Source: a virus
Reading direction: 5' to 3' (one strand)
DNA: 64,000 nt
IMG/VR virus record: IMGVR_UViG_3300048573_000442
Below the pieces are notes generated by a model. That model was not told the origin of the DNA, made no database searches, and saw nothing but the letters and a program-made list of their open reading frames with translations. This document shows, piece by piece, positions 10,433 through 19,521 of the stretch (its first letter is position 1; the number at the start of each line of letters is the position of its first letter). Both the position numbers and the translations under genes were made by a program.

Positions 10433-11041
10433 TTACCTCAGAAAAAACTGTCTGATTTCGGTGTTTTGTTTAAGCCGCTTTGCGTGTTCACCTTCAGCAT
10501 GCCTATTCCATTTATAAGTCAGGTCTGGAAAATACTTCCAACCTACTGTTGCTGAAACCAATAACCGCATAACGTGGTCTACGCTATTAGGATGCCACCC
10601 ATTCTTAACAATCAACTTTTCTGCTTGCAAAAACAATTCAACTGCAAATGCAGTTTGATAAACTATCGTTTGATGCGGGCGAATATAACCCCGTTTTTCA
10701 AGCATTAAATTCCACTCAGAGAATGCAGTAGAAATTTGAATGCTTTCTGATAAAGCTGTTTTAGTAATGCTATTAGTGAACACTGCATTACTATTTAGAG
10801 CAATCATGTCTTCGACGTTCTTACTGCTTAACAAAGTTTCATCATCGTCATCTACAAATGAAACAAATTCGGATTGACATTCTAAATACCCGACTCTTCG
10901 ACCATTTAGAATAGACTTGCCAGTGTTGTCTATAATCTTATACGAATAACCAGCGCTTTCTGCGCGATCAATAACAGAAGTCGCACCAGACATGACATCT
11001 GGGCGACTTTGTAAAACGTGGATCTGTAATTTACTTACCAT
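10433..11041 (-). CDS. GT-A fold (family 2-like) glycosyltransferase
   Basis: R.xG......EFVSFVDDDD (DxD-type) motif; start moved to the ATG at 11041 overlapping the upstream stop. Confidence 0.6.
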   Translation of the reverse strand: MVSKLQIHVLQSRPDVMSGATSVIDRAESAGYSYKIIDNTGKSILNGRRVGYLECQSEFVSFVDDDDETLLSSKNVEDMIALNSNAVFTNSITKTALSESIQISTAFSEWNLMLEKRGYIRPHQTIVYQTAFAVELFLQAEKLIVKNGWHPNSVDHVMRLLVSATVGWKYFPDLTYKWNRHAEGEHAKRLKQNTEIRQFFLR

Positions 11042-11217
11042 TTTGCCTTTGGGCAAGGCCCTGAAACGCATTTAGTTTTAATGGGGCAATTGCAGAGTCC
11101 GCAAACCGGAATGACCAGTCCTAACGCTTGCTTTTCTTTTCTGTGCTCGCATTGAGTACAAATAATCACCCGTGCTTTGTAAGCATCAGTGTTAGGCAAG
11201 TAGATAGGACCGATCAT
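11035..11217 (-). CDS. Small Cys-rich (probable Zn-binding) protein
   Basis: RxxICxxC...CGLCNC...KC...CPxxKW. Confidence 0.55.
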   Translation of the reverse strand: MIGPIYLPNTDAYKARVIICTQCEHRKEKQALGLVIPVCGLCNCPIKTKCVSGPCPKAKW

Positions 11218-11230
11218 TATCGTTTACCTA

Positions 11231-12061
11231 TCAATAGCCAGAACCAACCAAGCCAGCAGACAGACCGATGCTGTGCTTGGCTAGGAGGGCGGTACAATCG
11301 ATGGCTTCGATACCGGCTTTGAATGACTCGAGGCCATTCAGACGGTTACCATGGCCATTGTGACGCTCATTTTCACGAGTGTCCAAAGCGGCAACAGCGG
11401 TTTGCAGGGTAGCAACACCAGCAGCAGCGCCATTAGCGACAGTAAGAGCGGCGGCAGCGGCTGCCTCAGCAGCAGCGGCGGCTGCTACAGCAGCAGCAAC
11501 TTGGCCGGACAGGGTAGCAACTTGGCCTTGCAGAGCGGTGATCTGAGCAGCTTGAGCAGCATCAGTACCGGTCAGGTTAGCAATCTGGCTTTCCAGAGCG
11601 CTGATGGAAGCAGCGATTGCAACGCAATCACAGCCGTCACCAGTACCATTTACGATGGTGGTAACTTGCTGGCTCAGTGTGTCATACTGGGCAGAAAGTG
11701 CATCTAGAGCAGCTTGCAGGGCTGCATCGCCTTCTTGGCGAGCAGTAACTTCAGCAGCAAGAGCAACGTTAATGCTGTTTACTAGAACTTGAAGTTGGGC
11801 AACAACGGTGCTATTTTCCAGAGCATCCAAGCGATTGCCAAGGGCAACCAACTGGGTGATGATGTTCTGGCCAGTTTGGAAACCTTCGGTTGAAGGATCG
11901 CTGTCCAGAAGACTTTGAATAGCAGCAACAGCTTGTTGCAGTGCGGTCAGGTCAATATTGGGCATGCCCAACAGGTTATTAATCTCGGTACGGATAGCTT
12001 CGCCAGTTTGCTGGCCAATACCTTCGATCAGACATTCAAGGGTTTGATTCAATGTAGTCAT
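11231..12061 (-). CDS. Coiled-coil, Ala-rich fibre-like virion protein
   Basis: Heptad pattern, poly-Ala stretch, locally higher GC. Confidence 0.55.
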   Translation of the reverse strand: MTTLNQTLECLIEGIGQQTGEAIRTEINNLLGMPNIDLTALQQAVAAIQSLLDSDPSTEGFQTGQNIITQLVALGNRLDALENSTVVAQLQVLVNSINVALAAEVTARQEGDAALQAALDALSAQYDTLSQQVTTIVNGTGDGCDCVAIAASISALESQIANLTGTDAAQAAQITALQGQVATLSGQVAAAVAAAAAAEAAAAAALTVANGAAAGVATLQTAVAALDTRENERHNGHGNRLNGLESFKAGIEAIDCTALLAKHSIGLSAGLVGSGY

Positions 12062-12090
12062 GTTTCTTCTTTCTTAAAAAACTCCAACAC

Positions 12091-12282
12091 TTAGGTAGTT
12101 GGATTCTCCCCATCATTACTGATAGTTGTTGTACAAACATTCCCGTCAAGGATGCTCTGTAATTGCTGGATTCTTGCCAAATGTGATTCAACTTCTTGTT
12201 TCACCAAACATCGAATTAAATTTCCCACTTGAGCACCAATGCCTTCAAAAGCACATTCAAGCTGTTCATTCAATGTAGTCAA
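12091..12282 (-). CDS. Small paralogue of the N-terminus of 11231-12061
   Basis: MTTLNEQLECAFEGIGAQVG vs MTTLNQTLECLIEGIGQQTG. Confidence 0.55.
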   Translation of the reverse strand: MTTLNEQLECAFEGIGAQVGNLIRCLVKQEVESHLARIQQLQSILDGNVCTTTISNDGENPTT

Positions 12283-12635
12283 AGCACAGTCTCCGTTATA
12301 CTTGATAAAACGCCGCCAGAATAGGCGAACGTTTTGCGTGTTGTTAGACCATTACGAAGGAGATCAATCTGTGATAACTGATCCCCCGTGTATGATAAGA
12401 CTTTTGTTGATCCGTCTTCATATGAAATGCCAGTTATTTTTCCACTCACATATGTGAAAACTGGCGACTTTAACGGATCATCACTGTTATTTAGTTTATG
12501 AGCAATAAGGCCACTTGAATCTGTAATATACAGATCAAAGCCAGTACCACGCCGAACAGCATAAATGGTGTTAGCGATTAGAGTTGCAGGCAAAGCTGCA
12601 ACTTCTTTCCTGGCGTAAAGGGCGATATTGCTCAT
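12279..12635 (-). CDS. Small virion protein (KxxALPxTLxANxxY domain plus YD-like tail)
   Basis: Shares N-terminal domain with 12643-13209; C-terminal LSYTGDQLSQI...FAYSGGVLSSI. Confidence 0.5.
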   Translation of the reverse strand: MSNIALYARKEVAALPATLIANTIYAVRRGTGFDLYITDSSGLIAHKLNNSDDPLKSPVFTYVSGKITGISYEDGSTKVLSYTGDQLSQIDLLRNGLTTRKTFAYSGGVLSSITETVL

Positions 12636-12642
12636 TAGTTAT

Positions 12643-13209
12643 TTACCAGGCAGCAGTTTCCCAGCGAGCAACAGGCAATGCGCCGTTGTACAGCATGTTG
12701 CCACCAGATTCAGTGATCAGGTCTAGAGCTGCTTTGTTTGCATGAGTATGACGCTTGGTAACAGCATCATCAATATCAGCAACGCTTGAGGTTGGCTTGT
12801 TTTGCAGTGAGGCCCAGTTCAAAACTACATCCAGGGATTCAGCTTCAGAGGACTTAATCCAGGTTGTATTTGCTGGGTTGTACAGGTAGGTCGCGCCACC
12901 AGAGGCGACAGAAGTATCACCGGTTGCATTAATGACATATGCCCAGGTAGCAACAGATGGGGCCAGAGCATCACGAGCAGCAATATCAGCAACAATTGAC
13001 AACTGATTTGATGCGCCTAATGCAGCAGCGATCATTGCTGACACATCGGTGGAGTTGATGATGTGCTTTGCAGCAACACCGGCATTGTCAACGACAAATA
13101 CCTCTACCAATGATGGATTGCCTGCTACTGAGACATAATAGACTGCATTGGCAACTAGAGTGCCAGGAAGAGCAGAGACTTTAAATTGTTGGAGAACAGT
13201 TGTTGACAT
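12643..13209 (-). CDS. Virion accessory protein (188 aa)
   Basis: AAGG RBS; KVSALPGTLVANAVY domain; HTH(A)NKAALD fibre-type motif. Confidence 0.55.
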   Translation of the reverse strand: MSTTVLQQFKVSALPGTLVANAVYYVSVAGNPSLVEVFVVDNAGVAAKHIINSTDVSAMIAAALGASNQLSIVADIAARDALAPSVATWAYVINATGDTSVASGGATYLYNPANTTWIKSSEAESLDVVLNWASLQNKPTSSVADIDDAVTKRHTHANKAALDLITESGGNMLYNGALPVARWETAAW

Positions 13210-13238
13210 TTTTTAGTTTCCTTTAAGGTTTAAGAAAT

Positions 13239-13496
13239 TTACCATTCGGGCGAATCTGCCCAAGTTGTTGTTGCAAGTAATCCACCATCTTGGCCAATCT
13301 GTATTGAATTACCTGGATCTTGGCTTATGCTATTTGATGCTAGTTGTATCTGTGAACCATCTGGCTTTATTAGAACGCCATCTGATCTAACAGTTAGCGG
13401 CCCAAATGCTCCGGCAACCCGTTGCTGCGGGCTCAACTTGGCAAAACCATGTGCTATTAGCTGAGATAGGCTCAATCCGCTCATTGTTGCACCCAT
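13239..13496 (-). CDS. Hypothetical protein (85 aa)
   Basis: ORF track; SQDPGNSIQIGQDGGL motif common in phage accessory proteins. Confidence 0.45.
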   Translation of the reverse strand: MGATMSGLSLSQLIAHGFAKLSPQQRVAGAFGPLTVRSDGVLIKPDGSQIQLASNSISQDPGNSIQIGQDGGLLATTTWADSPEW

Positions 13497-13723
13497 TTAG
13501 ATTCTGATATCAGATTCCCCTGAAAATAAGTATAAGTCTTTTTCCAACTGGAAACTCCATCAGAAGCAGTATCAGATATTAATAGCCCGTCGAGATATTC
13601 ATAGGTATGACTACATTGATCGGAGACGAATTGTGCGTTTGTGGTCACAGGCACGGGATCATCCGAGAGCTGATCATCTGTTAAGCCTGGGAACCAGACA
13701 GTTGATGGTATTGGTGCGTCCAT
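13481..13723 (-). CDS. Hypothetical protein (80 aa) with YD-like motif
   Basis: TYEYLDGLLISDT...KKTYTYFQGNLISES; downstream of a TATAAATA. Confidence 0.5.
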   Translation of the reverse strand: MDAPIPSTVWFPGLTDDQLSDDPVPVTTNAQFVSDQCSHTYEYLDGLLISDTASDGVSSWKKTYTYFQGNLISESKWVQQ

Positions 13724-13748
13724 TGCAAATAATCTCCTATGATACTCT

Positions 13749-13756
13749 TATTTATA
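13749..13756 (-). promoter_or_regulatory. T4 late promoter TATAAATA heading the tail-accessory operon
   Basis: Perfect consensus 26 nt upstream of the 13723 start. Confidence 0.65.
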
Positions 13757-13844
13757 GTGGTTTAGCCCATCATCAATTAAACTGTATGCTAGGACAGATG
13801 GCGCAAATTCGGTTTATTTATTGCTTGACCAAAAAACATAAAAC

Positions 13845-13867
13845 AAAAGGCACCTTAGGTGCCTTTT
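13845..13867 (-). terminator. Rho-independent terminator after nrdA-nrdB-grx
   Basis: AAAAGGCACC-TAA-GGTGCCTTTT followed by a U-rich tract on the minus strand. Confidence 0.75.
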
Positions 13868-13886
13868 TAGTGAAGAGCTAAACCAG

Positions 13887-14132
13887 TTATCGTAATGACT
13901 CTTTTAGCTCGGTAAACCCGCCAATTAAGATACCATCTTTAAAGATCTGTGGAACTGATTTTGCATTTGGGACCAGTTCCTTAAGTTGACTGACCTGAAC
14001 ATAAGTTTTAGTTGGGTCTTTATCCTGTCCTACATCAATTATAAGTTCTTCGAACTGTAGGTTATTTGCCCCGAGTAGCAGTTTAGCTTGGTCACAATAA
14101 GTGCAATTAGGTTTTGAATAGATTTGATACAA
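13887..14132 (-). CDS. Glutaredoxin (RNR reductant)
   Basis: CTYC active site, SVPQIF and IGGF motifs, TTG start after AAGGAG. Confidence 0.9.
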   Translation of the reverse strand: MYQIYSKPNCTYCDQAKLLLGANNLQFEELIIDVGQDKDPTKTYVQVSQLKELVPNAKSVPQIFKDGILIGGFTELKESLR

Positions 14133-14312
14133 ATGGTTCTCCTTAAGTGTTAAGAATAAATTTCAGCGTTCCGCAATCTCAATTTTATCATATCCGCGTG
14201 CCAACATAATCTGTGTTTCTGTAAGTTTGGAAACATCAAAAGTTTATGGCGCTGAAATTACATTCAACGGTAGAGCTTCAAAGATTCGAAGCATTCTTTC
14301 GCTCTTGCCGAT

Positions 14313-15398
14313 TTAGATGCTTGGAAGAGATTCATAATCGATTTTGTTGCTCATCGATGAAAGTACGTAGCTTGTACTTTCATTTTCTTGTAAAGCCGTT
14401 TGAATTTTATTTGTATTCAAATGCTTGCTCATCCAGGGAAGAGGAGCGCTTTTAATGCCCGCATCATACTTGACGCCAACGGCTTTAAAACGTTCCTGAG
14501 CAGTGTAGTCAACTTGGCTGCACATAATCTTTTCATTCATCCCGAGAACTGTGCCTTTTTGAAACTGATAATGCGCCCAAGCTTTTTCTTCAGCAACAAC
14601 GCTCTCGAGCATGTCCTTTGCCTCTTTAGCACATTCAGACGCAATTTCCTTGAAGCGATAGTCGTCTTTCACGTTTTGATTGATCATCCAAGCTGTCGCA
14701 TCTGTATGCAGCAACTCATCGGCCAAAATCAAACTAATAATATTACCATTGCCGACGAAGATTCGATTTTCTACCATACCTAATGAGGTACAGAAAGACA
14801 CCATGAAACGAATCGCCTCCAGCCCGTAGGAAGCAATCAGCGCCATATAGACAGCTTTTACCATTTTAGCTTCGCTGACTTCAACACCTGTTTGAACCAA
14901 ACTGTTTAAGTGGTGAAGATCGGTATAGTATTTGTCAATGCCACTTAACATGTTCACGATTTCTGATGTATCATGAATCTGATTAAATTGGTCACTTGGC
15001 ATCTGATAGATGTTACGAATGATATGTGAATACGACTCGCTGTGAATCTGTTCAAATGCTGACCACCATTGCACCCAAGCTTCTGCTTCGGGGACAGAAC
15101 AAACTGGAGTAAAAATCTGAACTGGTGCTCGACCCTGAATCGAATCCAGCGCAGTTTGCCGAAGCAAATTTGACGTAAAAATAAACTTGGTTGCATCATT
15201 TGCTTTTGAGAAATCAATCTTATCTTTAGTCAAAGAAACTTCATCGGGAATCCAAAAATTGCCCCGCTGCGTTTTAGTAAACTGCGCAAGTTTCGGATAT
15301 GCATAATCATCATAGCGTTGAATAGTTACTGACCCCGCCGGATCTAGAAACATTTTTCGCTGGCCGTAATTTGTCGATTTTGAAAAGTCTAATGTCAT
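14313..15398 (-). CDS. nrdB: Ribonucleotide reductase class Ia beta subunit
   Basis: FWIPDEVSL, EQIHSESY, LEAIRF, DELLH di-iron motifs. Confidence 0.95.
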   Translation of the reverse strand: MTLDFSKSTNYGQRKMFLDPAGSVTIQRYDDYAYPKLAQFTKTQRGNFWIPDEVSLTKDKIDFSKANDATKFIFTSNLLRQTALDSIQGRAPVQIFTPVCSVPEAEAWVQWWSAFEQIHSESYSHIIRNIYQMPSDQFNQIHDTSEIVNMLSGIDKYYTDLHHLNSLVQTGVEVSEAKMVKAVYMALIASYGLEAIRFMVSFCTSLGMVENRIFVGNGNIISLILADELLHTDATAWMINQNVKDDYRFKEIASECAKEAKDMLESVVAEEKAWAHYQFQKGTVLGMNEKIMCSQVDYTAQERFKAVGVKYDAGIKSAPLPWMSKHLNTNKIQTALQENESTSYVLSSMSNKIDYESLPSI

Positions 15399-15516
15399 CT
15401 GTAAGGTCCTTAAAATGTTAATCTAAAGTCGACACGAACGAGTCGACTCGTTTAAACTGATACGCTTCATGAAGACCGAAGCCCCCATGAAGCGTCATAG
15501 TGGTAACCGGCTTATT

Positions 15517-18264
15517 TCACAATACGCAAGACTCGCAATATTGTTCACCATCATCTTCTTGAACAGGCAAACTTTTTACTTCATCTTTTACTGATTCCAT
15601 GGCCGCCTGTTTTTCAATAATGGCGTAATAGAGAGATTTTCCTCCCCATTTATGAAATAGCATGTGTGCTTTAATAACGTCATTGATGTCAATTTTCCCG
15701 TTCGGATAATTCCTTGGGGTAAACGGCATATCTGTAGAAATTCCTTGATCTATATAAACCTGCAATACTGCAGACGTTTTGAGATAGCCCAGGCAATCTT
15801 TCTGCGCCCATAATAGCTGATAATGATTCTTCAGCCGCTTGTATTCTGGGACCACTTGGATGATGTCACCGCCTTTTGAACGTTTTGTGACAATCATCTC
15901 TTTAACCAAATTGATGCCGTTGGTCGAATTGATACAGACGCTAGAACTTTCAACAGGAGCAATTGCACCAGTGGTTGCATTGCGAACGCCGTAAGTCTTC
16001 ATTTTTTCGCGAAGACCTTCCCAATCTAAGTCTTCTGAGGGAGTAAAATCTGCCAATTCATTTACACCTTCAGCTCTTCGCTCCCATGGGAAAACACCTC
16101 TCCCATACCAAGTATTATCTGATTCCAAACATTTGCCTTTTTCTTTGGCAAGGTCCACATTCATTTCCGTCAGATAGAAAGCTTGGTGTTCCATCCATCG
16201 CTTAACTTCTGACAAAGCTTCAGGATCGCCATATTTAAGTTTTCGTTTTGCATGCCAATAAGCGAGATTGGTGACGCCAACGCCAAGCGGCTCAAACTCT
16301 TTATTATGCATGAACGAATGAATAGACAGAAAGTCTTGGTATTGAAGAATGTTATGTAGGAACCTATGAAGTAGACGCAGGGGCCTGCGCATATCTTCTG
16401 GGTGGCGGAATGTTCCCCAGTTGTTTGAGCCCAAGGTGCATAACGCAATTCTCCCATCTGGGTCATCTATGGTTTGAAAAGATTTAGTACTCAACATCAC
16501 TTCACAACAAAGATTGGTTTGATAAATGGGATGTACATTCGTATCAAATGGGCCTTGATTAGAAACGTTATCGATGTTTAAAATATAGATGCGACCTGTT
16601 TCCATACGCTCAGCGATTAACCATTCTTTAAACACCACTTCAGCAGACTCTACTTTTTTGGAAATATCTTTGCGCTGTTCGTATTCTTCATACATTTTTT
16701 CAAATTTTGCAGAGTCGGCATAAAAAGCTTCATACAGATCTGGCACTTGATTTGGATCAAAGAACGTGATATTCTTTTGCTCTTTAAACCTGCGCCAAAA
16801 GAATGAATTCAATACTACGCAGTAATCCAGCTGGCGAATGCGGTTTTCTTCGGTGCCTTTATTATTTTTTAGCACGATGTAATCGTCAAATTGATAATGC
16901 CAAATTGGCATGTTTATTGTTGCTGACGCGTTTCTGATGCCACCTTGGGAATTATGAGTTAAAACCATTGGTCCGTCATTGCTAGCAGAAGCAAAGAAAG
17001 TATGCGTATCTTCTACCGTAATGTCGATATAATTTTCGGGGTTATCCTGTCCAACATCAATTGTCAACAACCTGGTAAACCCATCTTCAGTTAGAATACG
17101 ATCACTTTCAGTAAGTTGTTCTGGCAACCGCTGTTCTATTTTGCCGTTATTCCAAATCATGATCGGGTGATTGGTTGAACAGTTGATAATGGAACCATTT
17201 TCAAAAGTTAACTGTATCTGACTTTGTTTTGCTACTTGCGTATCGAACTTATCACTAACTGTCTTATAAACAATTTGCTTATTTGAATCAAGGGTTTTAA
17301 TCTTCATTCCGATTTGAAGGTCTTTAATTTGAATGCGCCCGCTATCAACTTCGACCCACGTATCTGGGGTGACACAACAAGACCGCAAATCGCCATACCA
17401 TTTCTTAAGGAATGGCAAAATGCCAGTATGCATTACTTCGCCGCCTCTAATAGAAGACCCAAGTGGACGCATACGTCCAATTTCTAAACCGATACCAGCG
17501 CGCTTTGAGGCGTAGTCTGCCATAATTTGTCCGGTTGCAAAAATAGATTTCAGCGTATCATCAGTTCGCAAAAGAACGCAAGAACTAAATTGTTTAGTCT
17601 TTGTCCCAAGCCCAGCAAGCACTGGAGTCGCAAGTGTAAAAATTCCATCTGAAGCTGCGTGATAGAAATCCTTTACCCATTTCAAACGATCTTTTTCTTC
17701 TGAATGGAATGCAGTTGCTGCAGCAATCATGTAGCGAATTTGTGGAGATTCGACAATATTTCCAGTAGCACGATTGCGAACTAGATACTTATCTACGAGT
17801 TGCTCAACTGCAGCGTAGGTCATTAGTTCGTCTTTACCATGATCTAACTGCTTATTAAGATAATCCCAATCTTCGGAGCTATACCACTTCATTAAATCAG
17901 GTGTATATAGGCCAAGTTCAATATTCTTTTTGACGGTTTCAAAAAGGTGCGGGGGATTATAATCCCCGTAAACATCCTTTCGAAGCATGCTGACACGTTG
18001 TTTACCAGCAACATATTGGTAATTAACATTGCCAAGCGGATTTGACTCTTCATCAATTAAGCCGACCATAGCGCGAAGAGCAATTTGATCGAGTTCAACT
18101 GTAGTCATACCACTATAAAAATGCGGGCTAGAAGCTATTTCAATCATTGACGGCGAAACGTCTGCTACTCCCTCACATACTTTAGCAATTTGCGCTTGCC
18201 ATTTCTGTAGTTGAAACGGTTCTTTTTTCCCGTTGCGCTTAGTGACATAAATTTCTTTTGACAT
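15517..18264 (-). CDS. nrdA: Ribonucleotide reductase class Ia alpha subunit with ATP cone and an intein
   Basis: VTKRNG ATP cone, QFSSC, TNLCCE, APVESS, C-terminal CESC; SC|SQGG interrupted by intein. Confidence 0.95.
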   Translation of the reverse strand: MSKEIYVTKRNGKKEPFQLQKWQAQIAKVCEGVADVSPSMIEIASSPHFYSGMTTVELDQIALRAMVGLIDEESNPLGNVNYQYVAGKQRVSMLRKDVYGDYNPPHLFETVKKNIELGLYTPDLMKWYSSEDWDYLNKQLDHGKDELMTYAAVEQLVDKYLVRNRATGNIVESPQIRYMIAAATAFHSEEKDRLKWVKDFYHAASDGIFTLATPVLAGLGTKTKQFSSCVLLRTDDTLKSIFATGQIMADYASKRAGIGLEIGRMRPLGSSIRGGEVMHTGILPFLKKWYGDLRSCCVTPDTWVEVDSGRIQIKDLQIGMKIKTLDSNKQIVYKTVSDKFDTQVAKQSQIQLTFENGSIINCSTNHPIMIWNNGKIEQRLPEQLTESDRILTEDGFTRLLTIDVGQDNPENYIDITVEDTHTFFASASNDGPMVLTHNSQGGIRNASATINMPIWHYQFDDYIVLKNNKGTEENRIRQLDYCVVLNSFFWRRFKEQKNITFFDPNQVPDLYEAFYADSAKFEKMYEEYEQRKDISKKVESAEVVFKEWLIAERMETGRIYILNIDNVSNQGPFDTNVHPIYQTNLCCEVMLSTKSFQTIDDPDGRIALCTLGSNNWGTFRHPEDMRRPLRLLHRFLHNILQYQDFLSIHSFMHNKEFEPLGVGVTNLAYWHAKRKLKYGDPEALSEVKRWMEHQAFYLTEMNVDLAKEKGKCLESDNTWYGRGVFPWERRAEGVNELADFTPSEDLDWEGLREKMKTYGVRNATTGAIAPVESSSVCINSTNGINLVKEMIVTKRSKGGDIIQVVPEYKRLKNHYQLLWAQKDCLGYLKTSAVLQVYIDQGISTDMPFTPRNYPNGKIDINDVIKAHMLFHKWGGKSLYYAIIEKQAAMESVKDEVKSLPVQEDDGEQYCESCVL
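16951..17376 (-). mobile_element. 142-aa mini-intein in NrdA
   Basis: Starts CVTPDT, block B CSTNHP, ends THN before Ser; removal restores LRSC-SQGG; too short for an endonuclease. Confidence 0.9.
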
Positions 18265-18341
18265 TTACGGTTTTTCTCCAAAGATGAATCGGGCCATGGC
18301 CGAAGGTTTCGGCCAGTTTTATTTTAAATTGTGGGTTGGTT

Positions 18342-18917
18342 TTAAAGTTTACTTAGCGAGTAAGCGGTGACTTCATTGATACGGCGCATCCAGCCGGTTA
18401 AAAACATTTTCTGAGATGCATCTCGATTGGCTATTTGTTGATAGAAATTCGTTCGAGTATTTGACAGCGACTGGATTACAGCGCCTTGATTTGCAGAATT
18501 TATTGCGCTTAAGGTTTGTGGACCGATTGCGCCATCTTCAATAGCACCGACAGCTCGCTGTAGAAATCTATTTGCTCGACCGACTCCGTGATTAACGCAT
18601 CCATCAAAATGGATTATCGCCAACGGGTATGACAACAACTGACAAGAACCGGCGATCCAATATTTTCGGCGGTAGATTTCCATTGCCTGTGCAAGTGTCA
18701 ATCCACGAATGTTTACTTCAGTATTTGCTTTTTGGGCAATACCGTATTTCGTTTCTCCGCCTCTATCTTGGGGTATATTAACATAACCGACTTTTCTGCG
18801 TTGGTCCCTGGTTTCAAATAGACCTGCAATCACATCAGGGTCATTTGGATTCCAAAAATTTCCTACTTCATATTTCATCGCATGATGAAACGCAGCTGCA
18901 AAAAAGTCTGTTGTCAT
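18342..18917 (-). CDS. Endolysin, glycoside hydrolase 108-like with peptidoglycan-binding C domain
   Basis: DRGGETKYGI, FDxxVNHG, LQRAVGxxEDGxIGPxTL, FLxGWxRR. Confidence 0.85.
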   Translation of the reverse strand: MTTDFFAAAFHHAMKYEVGNFWNPNDPDVIAGLFETRDQRRKVGYVNIPQDRGGETKYGIAQKANTEVNIRGLTLAQAMEIYRRKYWIAGSCQLLSYPLAIIHFDGCVNHGVGRANRFLQRAVGAIEDGAIGPQTLSAINSANQGAVIQSLSNTRTNFYQQIANRDASQKMFLTGWMRRINEVTAYSLSKL

Positions 18918-18941
18918 AATAGTTCTCCTTGATAGTAAAAC

Positions 18942-18949
18942 TATTTATA
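18942..18949 (-). promoter_or_regulatory. T4 late promoter TATAAATA for the endolysin
   Basis: Perfect consensus 25 nt upstream of the 18917 start. Confidence 0.65.
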
Positions 18950-18962
18950 ACTTGTTTTTGCC

Positions 18963-19475
18963 TTACGAGAAAATATCTCCAACTACTTTTGTTGCTAGGT
19001 GTTTTACCAAATCAAACGGGCCAATAGCTACGCAAGTTTCAATTTGCTGATTAATATTCTTTGCTGCCTGACCAACCGGACTCACGAGCGCAGTTCCTTT
19101 AGAAACCATCGGGTGGACAATTGACATTTCATCTGCAAAATCAATCACGTTGATGTCCAGCGTTCTTAATTTCATTTCATCAGGTGAAAAACCAAATGCA
19201 ATATGTTTTACGCCTGAGCATGATTTTACTGGGACTGTGTCTAGTTGATAAGTTTCCCTATCGGTAACAAGAATGTTCCATGATGAAGGAACCCATAAAT
19301 CGGTTCCATTAATTTGCAGCTTAATCGCGGGGCCAGTAGTTTCTTCTAGATACGTAATTTGCTGCAACATGAAGTCGCATGCAGGACCATTAAACACCCA
19401 ATTGTATTTTACCGCAAGAGGAGTAGTTAAAGAACCTATGGTATATGGTCTGCCAAAGTCTGTTAAAATTTTCAT
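18963..19475 (-). CDS. Hypothetical protein (170 aa)
   Basis: ORF track, fills the gap, no motif recognised. Confidence 0.55.
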   Translation of the reverse strand: MKILTDFGRPYTIGSLTTPLAVKYNWVFNGPACDFMLQQITYLEETTGPAIKLQINGTDLWVPSSWNILVTDRETYQLDTVPVKSCSGVKHIAFGFSPDEMKLRTLDINVIDFADEMSIVHPMVSKGTALVSPVGQAAKNINQQIETCVAIGPFDLVKHLATKVVGDIFS

Positions 19476-19521
19476 AGGTTGTATAGTTGTTATGATATGT
19501 TAATTTTACCATAGAAAAGAA

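Noticed and set aside
376-13881. Short overlapping or antisense ORFs in the tail cluster (e.g. 475-876, 1837-2055, 6258-6584, 7943-8323, 11351-11707)
   Set aside because: They lie within long, well-supported minus-strand genes and mirror their codon bias
14133-14312. Gene in the nrdB-glutaredoxin gap
   Set aside because: Only very short ORFs without a clear RBS
18297-18315. 8-bp hairpin TGGCCGAA/TTCGGCCA upstream of nrdA as a terminator
   Set aside because: The U-rich tract is on the plus-strand side, where no gene ends; function unclear
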